Source of the DNA: an uncultured Cytophagales bacterium
Lineage (GTDB): Bacteria; Bacteroidota; Bacteroidia; Cytophagales; JAAEPT01
NCBI GenBank assembly: GCA_963849955.1
Contig: CAWKJU010000005.1
Location: forward strand, 2,886-66,885
DNA length: 64,000 nucleotides
Direction of reading: 5' to 3'
Below are positions 31,101-38,215 of this stretch, one piece after another. How positions within the stretch are numbered: position 1 is the first letter of the stretch; the number at the start of each line of letters is the position of its first letter. Below the pieces are notes generated by a model. The model saw nothing but the letters and a program-made list of their open reading frames with translations, did no database searches and was not told where the DNA came from. A program made the translations under genes and the position numbers.

Positions 31101-31479
31101 CTATTATCTAAATGCTACTGAACATGCAACATGGACTATAGGTAACTTATTACCAGGTTATAAATATAGATTAGTAATGTTTGGTTCTATCACTATCGGG
31201 TCTAAAAACGTGACGTTATTTACTGTTGGCGATAAATCGAAAGGGTTAGTTACTCAATTTAACAATAAAAACACAGCAACACTTGATGAGTTGATTGCCG
31301 ATGAAAATGGTGAGATTTTCTTAGAGGTTGAAGCTGGTTCATTAGATGCTAACTGGGCTATATTAAACTCGATAATTATTCAAGGTTATACGGATGATTC
31401 ATATAATGGTGCTCGATTTGAATCGTATGAAGATGAAGTACACTATCTGATGAGTTATTGGTTTATCCTACAGTCTTAG
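25105..31479 (+). CDS. giant secreted multidomain protein: alpha/beta-hydrolase esterase head + Ig-like x2 + FN3 x6 + PA14 x2 + cadherin-like x3 + unassigned ~170-aa module x3
   Basis: Signal peptide; FFHGKGEAGTDNNKQL and GLSAGG nucleophile elbow; FN3 pattern (L.W.......GYE.YRS......Y.Y.I.A.N); PA14 (FAFKFDG...SDDGSKLYI...LTAG...FFE..GGE). The frame ends 24 codons after the last module and continues in another frame into a T9SS CTD. Confidence 0.85.
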   Translation: MRHFVSLVLLVFIYTIPAIGQTYPPNGDIYDWTYTEGVGTNWNTSSYKAYIYNRMSFRMMSPVGFDQSDDSKKYPIAIFFHGKGEAGTDNNKQLKWGAQLQKAKIESGEFPGFALFPQNTSGFWNDTHFDRLIEILDTLASKYHVDLNRVYVHGLSAGGQAVWKIMDRYPEYIAAAIPLSAASTNFIDFVPNLVHIPIWLAQGGLDNGPAPYTAGQLVEAVQNAGGNIKYSLFPENAHNTWTDMWADPDYYPFFLRHSKLNIHAYYGKTEFCPGDEISATIGVSAGFDGYQWAKNGVVISGASSNNYDVTSIGEYSVRILRGSNWSEWSSPIEIKYENASETPPVKTLGLQTVALPGLDGKTSVTLVGQEGLTDFKWSKVGSSTVIGTEITYEARAAGQYVLTARKPDGCYALSSEPFLVTNGRGPSAPNSPANLLLTTLSETSILLTWDQNPSNVNNETAFEIYRSKTVSGPYVLVKITGQDESQFIDTKLSSNTAYYYRIRAINNDGYSATYASNNASTKADTEAPTIPQNVVAVGSPTAIDLSWDDSQDNVGVYRYEIYQSGILIATTNNTNFKVLGVQTGSSYAYSIKATDLAGNKSSFSEQVVQIAAANGLNYSYYEEEGLSVLPNFNQLSPVKTGVTPNFSLIEREKNDNFAFKFDGYINIPTAGAYTFGTISDDGSKLYIGGFDPANLVVNNDGLHGNEEKNGTINLTAGVYPITVTFFEKAGGETLIVNWSGPGFSKQVIPDAAFQSNVVLPPAPAVPSNLAGSPVSYKEIALTWSNVANETGYELYRSSNSGESFEIVATLPANVTSYNDKLDIQPQTTYFYKIKSINQYGASDFGGGSAIPGMTYYYYEKSGMSVLPDFNSLTPKKSGPTDNFDISYADNINNFAFKFDGFIIIPVTGDYNFSTRSDDGSKLYIDGFSESNLVVNNDGLHGNRTRDGDITLTAGPHRIVVTFFEGSGGEFLEVKWDGPSFDEQIIPTSAFVKNYIEVTSLPLPQIPNVPTALTAVATSSTETTVSWIDESSNEIGFEVYRATGESGEFRLFSELGANTTSFTNSNLFAHLIYKYKIRAFNDGGYSEFTTPVSVTTLNSNPQFESLSDVSLFYDADLDKEIVAIDADGDLVSYSVYGSLPAFVSFIDNGDGTSNLSINPSLSDIGIYSISMIATDLFSGADTVAFSLNINSNNPPVIGVINNQTILEGETNEIVFDLTEPNGDAISLSALGLPDFVTIIDNNDGTGSMLIEPKFTDAGIYSGIKVIATDENGASSERVFSITVEDVVIDHKVYVNFSHSSLGASPWNNTGKPSSGKVVSDLTNENGTATTYDLEFLDSWSSYILGATTGNNSGVYPDNVIKDFHFFGSYTLHTARMKFKDLDPRLSYDFTFFGNSTYGSVQGVTSYEINGTIVDLDVSSNTQNTVKISGARPDANGDILLTFSKNSSLRYGYINAIVFESYYDDGLAPTPAAITSLTTSEEGVTINWTDNSITEDGYKVYRSENGGSFTSVATLSSNISSFTDANVTGGDTYSYFIHAFNNNGTSNSDTLSIVAPNRAPKIQTISDLIMDETSAYSMNVLVTDAEGDEVSMGASSLPSFVNITDVVNGIAVLTISPSVDNIGSYTIELIATDEFGNTDSESFKLQIVDSKKKSILVNFNKNNRTPAPSPWNNTLSPVVGAVYNDLIDKSGVATTVDMTLTTSGWTNAETSGAVTGDNSGVYPDLVTGSYYFFQNSTPSIKFSGLKVSKKYNFIFFGSAAYGTDNHETNYTIGTKTVTLNVQNNAYDYVYINGVSPNAQGEIVVTFSKSSQAAFGFINAIEIIELNELDKPLRPERLKVKNVKRNTVSLEWRDDAHNEYFYEVVRATSYDGPYSSIATLPQNSTSYIDNTVLANKQYFYKVAAINGEGTSGYSEPVAIHTPLFEVFVNVNINAAYNAPSPWNNLEQIPNLGDEYYNLLDDQGNNRGIRLAFDEAPFTGGDNYGLTTGNNSGLYPDAVLGSFYYLNATEHATWTIGNLLPGYKYRLVMFGSITIGSKNVTLFTVGDKSKGLVTQFNNKNTATLDELIADENGEIFLEVEAGSLDANWAILNSIIIQGYTDDSYNGARFESYEDEVHYLMSYWFILQS

Positions 31480-31700
31480 TAAATGATGAAAGCTTAAAAG
31501 TGAGTTTAACTAATTATGAAGATGAATTACTACAAGTAGTTGTTACGGATTTGAGTGGTCAGACAGTGTTCACGAACTCTTACAATAGTGAAATCGGAAC
31601 TGCTCATATCGAAACGTCATCATTTTCATCTGGTGCATACATTGTTACGGTAGTTTCTAACAACGCAACACCTAAGACTGCTAGAATCTTTAAGCAATAA
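31458..31700 (+). CDS. T9SS C-terminal sorting domain, detached by a frameshift from the 25105 gene
   Basis: VYPTVLVNDESLKVSL...LSGQTVF...SSGAYIVTVVSNNATPKTARIFKQ is a typical type-A CTD. The frame is open from 31437 and has only a TTG start. Confidence 0.8.
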   Translation: MVYPTVLVNDESLKVSLTNYEDELLQVVVTDLSGQTVFTNSYNSEIGTAHIETSSFSSGAYIVTVVSNNATPKTARIFKQ

Positions 31701-31767
31701 TAATTTTCTTATTGCTTAAAGATATCTAGTTTCGGCACTTGATACATTCTTATAAAGAAAAGTCACA

Positions 31768-32883
31768 GTGAAGAGGTTTTTAAATCAAAAAATAGCAATC
31801 AATTATTTGCCAGCCACTCACATTCCACAACTTGATGGGGTTAGAGGGTTGGCTATTTTTTTAGTGCTTTTATTTCATTGTTATCCGTTCATAGCACCTG
31901 CTAGATTAGGATGGTTAGGTGTCGATTTGTTTTTTGTGTTATCAGGGTTTTTAATCACGGGTATTTTATGGGATACTAAAACTCATAAAGACTATTATAA
32001 AAACTTTATTGTACGAAGAATGGTAAGGATATTTCCATTGTACTACACTTTTTTACTACTATTCTTTATTGGGATTCCTGTTTTAACTACTATTGATATA
32101 TCTAGTTTTCAAGCGGTACAAACATGGTATTGGTTGTATGTTACTAATTGGTTCTTTGTGTTTGAACTCCAAGACTGGATTAAGGGGATCGATATTAACC
32201 ACTTTTGGTCTTTAGCAATTGAAGAACAGTTTTATTTATTTTGGCCCTTTGTCATCTATTTTTTTTCTAGACGTAATATTTTAAATATTATACTAGGTTT
32301 TGTTTTATTGAGTTTTGTGTTGCGCCTAATCTATTTATTAGGGTTAGAACCTATTTCAATTTATGTTTCTACATTTACACGAGTCGATAGTTTAGTAATT
32401 GGTGCAGCTGCAGCCTTGTTTGTAAGAGATGTAAAATTGAAGTCGTTTTTAGAAAACCATTTCATTAAACTGTTTTTGTTCTCTGGGTCAATAGTATTTA
32501 TTATAGTGCTAACGCGAAGTACAAGTCCCTATTCGTTACCATTTATCACTGTTGGGTATACCTTTAATGCTTTGTTTTTTATCTCAATATTTTTATTGAC
32601 ACTCACTGATTTTGCGACAGGTGTTTTTAAAAAAATGGGTTTGTTTAGACCTTTGCAATTTCTTGGTAAATACAGTTACGCATTATATGTGTTTCATTTA
32701 CCTTTGTATTCCTACTTTGATCATCGTTGGTATGCCTATTTCATGGAGTTGACCGAACAACATTTCTTAAGTAGGATGTTTTCTTCTTCTTTAGTGATTA
32801 TGCTGACAATATTAATCAGTTTAATTTCTTGGAGATTGGTTGAAAAACCTTTCTTACGTGTGAAAAAATTCTTTATATATTAA
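31768..32883 (+). CDS. acyltransferase-3 family membrane O-acyltransferase
   Basis: QLDGVRGLAIFLVLLFH, GVDLFFVLSGFLI, FWSLAIEEQFY; about 10 TM helices. Confidence 0.85.
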   Translation: MKRFLNQKIAINYLPATHIPQLDGVRGLAIFLVLLFHCYPFIAPARLGWLGVDLFFVLSGFLITGILWDTKTHKDYYKNFIVRRMVRIFPLYYTFLLLFFIGIPVLTTIDISSFQAVQTWYWLYVTNWFFVFELQDWIKGIDINHFWSLAIEEQFYLFWPFVIYFFSRRNILNIILGFVLLSFVLRLIYLLGLEPISIYVSTFTRVDSLVIGAAAALFVRDVKLKSFLENHFIKLFLFSGSIVFIIVLTRSTSPYSLPFITVGYTFNALFFISIFLLTLTDFATGVFKKMGLFRPLQFLGKYSYALYVFHLPLYSYFDHRWYAYFMELTEQHFLSRMFSSSLVIMLTILISLISWRLVEKPFLRVKKFFIY

Positions 32884-32895
32884 CTATTTCTAGTG

Positions 32896-33375
32896 ATGAT
32901 CTTGAATAAAACAATCTCGAACAAACAATTTACACTACTAGAATCCTTGGTAATAGTGGCTTTGGCAGCTGTTCCGTTGTTTGTGAATTTTCCTTATCGC
33001 GTGAATATTTTCCTTTCATGGGAAGGTGCTTATCGCATGTATCTTGGTCAAACTCCTTATCAAGATTTTGGATTGCCAATGGGATATGGTTATTGGATTA
33101 TTCCTTCTATATTTTTCCACCTGTTCGGTCCTTTTTTCACTTCACTTATTAAAGCACAATTTTTCATCAACATAGTTTCTGGTTTTACTTTTAGGGGTAT
33201 TCTAACTACTTTCAATGTTTCATCAGGCAAGCGAATGATTGGTTTGTTAGTGTTCTGCATTTCGTATTCGTTTTTCAACTTTTGGCCTTGGTACAATCAC
33301 TCGGTTTTTGTTTATCAGTTTATTGGACTGTATTTTTTATTACATTCTTTATTGCAGAACCCGTTCGCCAGTTAG
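32896..33375 (+). CDS. N-terminal piece of a GT-C-like polytopic membrane protein (or an independent small membrane protein)
   Basis: TM-rich, with a YQDFGLPMGYGYW loop reminiscent of GT-C-type glycosyltransferases. The stop lies 1 nt before the next ATG. Confidence 0.45.
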   Translation: MILNKTISNKQFTLLESLVIVALAAVPLFVNFPYRVNIFLSWEGAYRMYLGQTPYQDFGLPMGYGYWIIPSIFFHLFGPFFTSLIKAQFFINIVSGFTFRGILTTFNVSSGKRMIGLLVFCISYSFFNFWPWYNHSVFVYQFIGLYFLLHSLLQNPFAS

Positions 33376-33376
33376 G

Positions 33377-34543
33377 ATGTATATTCAACTATTTGTATCA
33401 GGCTTTTTTATCTTTTTATCCTTCTTTACTAAACAAGATGGTGGTGCATTAGGATTTTTAATTGCTAGCGCTATTTTGACATATCATGCTATCGCCCATA
33501 AAAAATATCTCCAGTTAGGTGGTTTCTTAGGTGCTTTTGGGGTTGTAGCCATGGGATTTGTGTTGCCTTATTTAAGTCATGAAATTGGTTATTGGTTTAA
33601 TTTAGGACAAGAGCCTCATTACTCGCGATTTAGTTTGTCTGATATTTTTGACGCAGTTTTTGGAGAATCTCAATGGATTAAATTCTATGTGATGGCAATG
33701 GTGTTGTTGCTAATGTCTACTGTTAAGTCGGTGAAAGCGTACTGGGAAAACCAACAACTCATGACTTTTACTTTGTTAGTTTTGGGAATTTTAGTGGAAG
33801 CCGCAATTGTTCAAGTTACTAGTTACACACCTCCTGATAATAATATTTTTTACCATAGTTTTGCTTTTGCTTTTTTGTTTTCAGTTATCAATTTTAAATT
33901 TTCATTTGATAAAGTATGGGGCGCTATATTAGGTGTTGCTTTGGTGATGTTGTGGTGGAGTGGCTCGTATTGGAAATATATTGGCAGAATAGTTAAACGA
34001 TACTTGCCACAAACAGAGCAAGTGGATGAAGCTGGAGTGGTTTCCAAAAACACCTTTATGGTAAAAAGAGATACTTCATTTCTGAATGTACCTGAGTCAG
34101 AGTGGGTGATGAGTGATATGAAAGCATTTAAAGGCATGTTTATGCCTCAATCCACAGTCGATGGCATGAATCGAATTAAGTCGATGCCGATGTTTTCAAA
34201 TCCAGAAAAGCCAAAAGTGCTTAATATGACGGAGTTAACACCGTTAGCTTATGAACTTGGCTATGATTTTGAGAAAGGTCATCCACTTTGGTACCACAAA
34301 AATGTGGCTGTTTTCGATCGAGAAATTGCGTTGTTTTGTTCAAATATCGAAAATCATAAGTATGACTTAGTACTGTTTGAAGTGATGCCGTCTTTAAATA
34401 ATTTTAATCCAGATGAAGTGCGGGCAAGTTTACAAAAGCATTATCGTTTAGTGGATGATTTTTTAGCACCACGTAGACCAACAGATGCTACTGTAGAAGT
34501 ATATGTAAGAATAATAATTATTCTAATTGATATTTACAGGTGA
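33377..34543 (+). CDS. C-terminal piece of a GT-C-like membrane protein (TM bundle plus soluble C-terminal domain)
   Basis: The frame is open from 33308. Several TM helices, then a soluble domain of about 170 aa. Combined with the previous ORF it totals about 548 aa. Confidence 0.45.
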   Translation: MYIQLFVSGFFIFLSFFTKQDGGALGFLIASAILTYHAIAHKKYLQLGGFLGAFGVVAMGFVLPYLSHEIGYWFNLGQEPHYSRFSLSDIFDAVFGESQWIKFYVMAMVLLLMSTVKSVKAYWENQQLMTFTLLVLGILVEAAIVQVTSYTPPDNNIFYHSFAFAFLFSVINFKFSFDKVWGAILGVALVMLWWSGSYWKYIGRIVKRYLPQTEQVDEAGVVSKNTFMVKRDTSFLNVPESEWVMSDMKAFKGMFMPQSTVDGMNRIKSMPMFSNPEKPKVLNMTELTPLAYELGYDFEKGHPLWYHKNVAVFDREIALFCSNIENHKYDLVLFEVMPSLNNFNPDEVRASLQKHYRLVDDFLAPRRPTDATVEVYVRIIIILIDIYR

Positions 34544-35555
34544 TGGGGAAGTGGTCAGAAAAAATCATTTCCCTGTTTACTTTATAGGATAACGGTTCAA
34601 TCTCTTCTGAACTAAACTGTTGATCAATTCTTAAAAAAAATAATTTATTACTATTAAAGGTAGCGCCAAACCCTGAACCTCTTTCTTCGAAAGTGTTTTC
34701 TAACAACTGACTAAATTTTTTGTAGGCATAGCTAAAAACTGTTTGGTTGATGTCTCCACAAAGGATAATTGGATAATCGGTTTTTTATTAAAGCTCAGCA
34801 ACAGCATTTACTTGTTTTTGTCGAATTACAGAACTTTTAATGTAACGTTTGAAAATATTAATGATAGAGGCATTTCTTTTTAGTTCGTTAGAATGTAGGT
34901 GAATATTAATCACTCGAACTGTTTGGTTTTTTAGGTTGATGTCGGCATAAATACCTCGGTTATATAGGTTCTTGTCTACAAATATTTCTCCTTGATTTAT
35001 TATCGGTGATTTAGAAAAAATAGCTAAGCTTCGATTAAAAAAACCAGCTTTTTCATCAGCGGAAGAAATATAATAGTTAGAAAACCCTTTTGCTTTAAAT
35101 TGATCGTTAGTTGTGAATACAGGTACGTTTTTGTCATAGAAATATTCTTGAAAACACATGATGTCTCCTTTAAAATTAGCTACCCAACTGATCATGGCTT
35201 GAGAGTTTTTTTTCTTTTCAGCAGAACGGTATTCTTCTTTTGATTTTGAGAAAGCCCTAAAATAGCTTGTGTTGAAGCTTAGTACTTCAATTGCATTTTC
35301 GGAATTTTCGTCGGAGTTAAATGAAATCAGGGAAAAGTAATAGTGTGAGAAACAGAGAAAGAGTGCTACATAAATGAATCCAATGGTTTTATGAATGAAA
35401 AAGGCTGTTAACACTAGAAATGGAAGTGTTAGTACAGCACCGATTATCAATAATTCATTTAAAAATAGAGGCGGAAAAACCAACGGGTCTATAAACGAAC
35501 AAACAAAAATGAGGAAATAAAAAATTGCTATAAGACGAAATACTTTTGATATCAT
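34518..35555 (-). pseudogene. membrane-anchored endonuclease/exonuclease/phosphatase (EEP) family gene interrupted by two tandem in-frame TAA codons
   Basis: ORFs 34788-35555 and 34518-34706 are in the same frame. The reading is ...QVNAVAEL-TAA-TAA-KTDYPIILCGDINQTVFSYAYKKF...SDHFPI. CGD(I/F)N and SDH are EEP catalytic motifs that lie downstream of the stops. Confidence 0.8.
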
Positions 35556-35711
35556 AAGGTAAGGCTTGTGTGTTTTCTATTTTACTTCAAGTTAAATATC
35601 CTTTTTGAAAAACTGATGTTCAAAAAGTTATTATTCCATTCGTTTACAGAACAAATAAGTATAAATTTACCATTATAAGTTGATGGTCGACCATATACGG
35701 ATTAAGCCACT

Positions 35712-37145
35712 ATGTTATTTAACTCACTAGATTACTTGATTTTTCTACCAATAGTATTTGTAATCTATTGGTATGTATTGAATAAAAGTCTGAACCTGCA
35801 AAATGCGTTTTTGTTAGGTGCGAGTTATTTTTTTTATGGTTGGTGGGATTGGCGGTTTCTATTTTTAATCGCATTTAGTTCTTTGTTGGATTATACCTTA
35901 GGGCTACAAATAGGAAAATCTGAAACGCAGAAGCAGAAAAAAATATACCTAGGGATAAGTTTAGTAGCAAATTTAGGGTTGCTTGGGTTTTTTAAATATT
36001 GTAATTTCTTTATAGAGTCATTTGTTGAGGCATTTACAATGATGGGGCATACGCCAAATGTTTCTACACTTTACATCGTATTACCTGTAGGTATCAGTTT
36101 TTATACCTTTCAGACCTTGAGTTACACTATTGATGTTTATCGTGGAAATTTAAAACCAACTAATGATCTTTTAAAGTTTCTGACTTTTGTTAGTTTTTTC
36201 CCACAGTTAGTTGCTGGACCGATTGAGCGAGCCACAAACCTTTTACCTCAGTTTGATAAACAACGTGTTTTTGATTATCAAAAAGCTAAAAGCGGTATGT
36301 TGATGATTGTTTGGGGTTTATTTAAAAAAGTGGTAATTGCGGACAATTGTGCCGTGTATGTAAATGATATTTTTGATCATCATGAGACGTTACCGGGCAG
36401 TGTCTTGTTTATTGGACTTTCTTACTTTGCTATTCAAATCTATTGTGATTTCTCTGGTTACTCCGACATAGCAATAGGTTCAGCACGGCTTCTGGGGTTT
36501 GATTTAATGCGTAACTTTAATTACCCCTACTTTGCTAGAGATATGGCAGAGCATTGGCGAAGGTGGCATATTTCACTTTCTACATGGTTTAAGGATTATT
36601 TATATATCCCCTTAGGTGGGAGTAGAGGGGGTAAATGGATGATTATTAGAAACACGATAATCATTTTTACGATTAGTGGGTTTTGGCATGGTGCAGACTG
36701 GACATATGTGATTTGGGGTTTTGTAAATGGTCTTTACTTTTTACCCTTAATTTTGACAGGAATACATAGAAACCACATGGGAGAAGTTGCAGAAGGTAGA
36801 CTCTTTCCTTCAGTGAAAGAAGCCTTGTTGATTTTCAGTACGTTTGTACTCAAAACATTTACCTATGTGTTTTTCAGAGCGGAGAACATGACCCAATCTT
36901 GGTCTTATATGAAAGGCTTGTTTTCGTGGTCGATGTTTCAAATACCGAGTTATTCTTACTTAATTCACTTTCAATTAATAGGTGTGATGTTATTGTTTGA
37001 GTGGGTTCAGCGAACAAAGGAGTGCCCGCTTTATCTGGATAAAATACCGATGATACCTCGTTATGCAATTTATAATTTATTCATATTAAGTATCATTTAT
37101 TTACAGCCTGATTACGATGTGCCATTTATCTATTTCCAGTTTTAA
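35712..37145 (+). CDS. MBOAT family O-acyltransferase (AlgI/DltB-like)
   Basis: FFPQLVAGPIERA, YCDFSGYSDIAIG, WRRWHISLSTWFKDYLYIPLGGSR, GFWHG. Confidence 0.9.
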   Translation: MLFNSLDYLIFLPIVFVIYWYVLNKSLNLQNAFLLGASYFFYGWWDWRFLFLIAFSSLLDYTLGLQIGKSETQKQKKIYLGISLVANLGLLGFFKYCNFFIESFVEAFTMMGHTPNVSTLYIVLPVGISFYTFQTLSYTIDVYRGNLKPTNDLLKFLTFVSFFPQLVAGPIERATNLLPQFDKQRVFDYQKAKSGMLMIVWGLFKKVVIADNCAVYVNDIFDHHETLPGSVLFIGLSYFAIQIYCDFSGYSDIAIGSARLLGFDLMRNFNYPYFARDMAEHWRRWHISLSTWFKDYLYIPLGGSRGGKWMIIRNTIIIFTISGFWHGADWTYVIWGFVNGLYFLPLILTGIHRNHMGEVAEGRLFPSVKEALLIFSTFVLKTFTYVFFRAENMTQSWSYMKGLFSWSMFQIPSYSYLIHFQLIGVMLLFEWVQRTKECPLYLDKIPMIPRYAIYNLFILSIIYLQPDYDVPFIYFQF

Positions 37146-37146
37146 T

Positions 37147-38136
37147 ATGAAGCGGTTTTGGATAAAAATATTGCTAATCACAAGTCCTTTTTTAATTGGA
37201 TTTTTCTCCGTTATAATTACGGATCCTTATAAGTTATTGTATCATTACGAAAACTATTCATACAATACCTTTCCAGTAAATAGGGATTTTATTAGTACTG
37301 AATACTTTATTGAGCATAATCCAAAATACCATTATGATGCCTTCATTTTTGGTAATTCTAGATCTTCAGCATTTCATACCACTGATTGGATAAATTATAT
37401 TGATGAACCTGTTTCACCATATCATTTTGACGCTTCCGCTGAATCATTATTTGGCATTAACCGAAAATGTGTTTATTTGGATAGTGTGGGGTCGCCTATT
37501 AAGTATGCCATAATTTTATTGGATACAGAAACTTTAATGCAAGTTCGCAATCGTGATTACCATGTTTTTACAAAGCATTATAAGTTAACAGGACAATCTA
37601 AATTAGATTTCTATATGATGTTTTTTAAATCAATGTCACATAAACACTTTTTTAAATTTTACATCGATTATTTATTAGGGGGTGCAATCACTGATATGGC
37701 ACAACGAATGCCAAGAGATATGGCTTGTGTTCCTATTACAAATGACTATGTGTTTTCTGGGTGTGAAGAAGCTTTAAAAATTGGTGAAGACAAATATTTC
37801 AGTATGTATGATACCTATTTCAAAAAAAGACCTACCACAGAAGAAACAAGTGAACAGGTGATTTTTGAAAAACAAAAGGTTCTTTTAGAAGAGATTAAAA
37901 ATATATTTGATAAGAAAGAGACTAATTATCAGATAATTATAAGCCCATCGTATTCTCAAAAGGCCTTTAATTCCTTAGATTACAGCTATCTAACTTCTCT
38001 GTTTGGAAAAGAATATGTACATGATTTTTCAGGGAAAAACGAATTTACTAATGATATCCGAAACTATTATGATGGCTCGCATTATCGACCATCGGTGGGG
38101 AAAGCTATTTTAGAAAAAATTTATACAAACAAATAG
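37147..38136 (+). CDS. MBOAT partner protein, SGNH/DltD/AlgJ-like (tentative)
   Basis: N-terminal TM anchor, FGNSRS (block-I-like Ser) and YDGSHY (DxxH block V). The start lies 1 nt after the MBOAT stop. Confidence 0.5.
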   Translation: MKRFWIKILLITSPFLIGFFSVIITDPYKLLYHYENYSYNTFPVNRDFISTEYFIEHNPKYHYDAFIFGNSRSSAFHTTDWINYIDEPVSPYHFDASAESLFGINRKCVYLDSVGSPIKYAIILLDTETLMQVRNRDYHVFTKHYKLTGQSKLDFYMMFFKSMSHKHFFKFYIDYLLGGAITDMAQRMPRDMACVPITNDYVFSGCEEALKIGEDKYFSMYDTYFKKRPTTEETSEQVIFEKQKVLLEEIKNIFDKKETNYQIIISPSYSQKAFNSLDYSYLTSLFGKEYVHDFSGKNEFTNDIRNYYDGSHYRPSVGKAILEKIYTNK

Positions 38137-38215
38137 CACTGAAAATTGAATTTAGTTCTGAAAATAAATACCTTAACACCAAATATTGAGTGTGTTACTA
38201 ATAAAAAAAATCCCC

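Noticed and set aside
31434-31479. Programmed ribosomal frameshifting at the CTD junction, and likewise at 3980-3990
   Set aside because: There is no X_XXY_YYZ slippery heptamer, homopolymer run or obvious downstream stimulatory structure at either junction. Mutation or sequencing error is more parsimonious.
34785-34790. Idea that TAA might be a reassigned sense codon, explaining the tandem in-frame stops
   Set aside because: Several well-conserved genes in the window (for example nadC and accD) terminate at TAA at the expected protein length, so TAA functions as a stop here.
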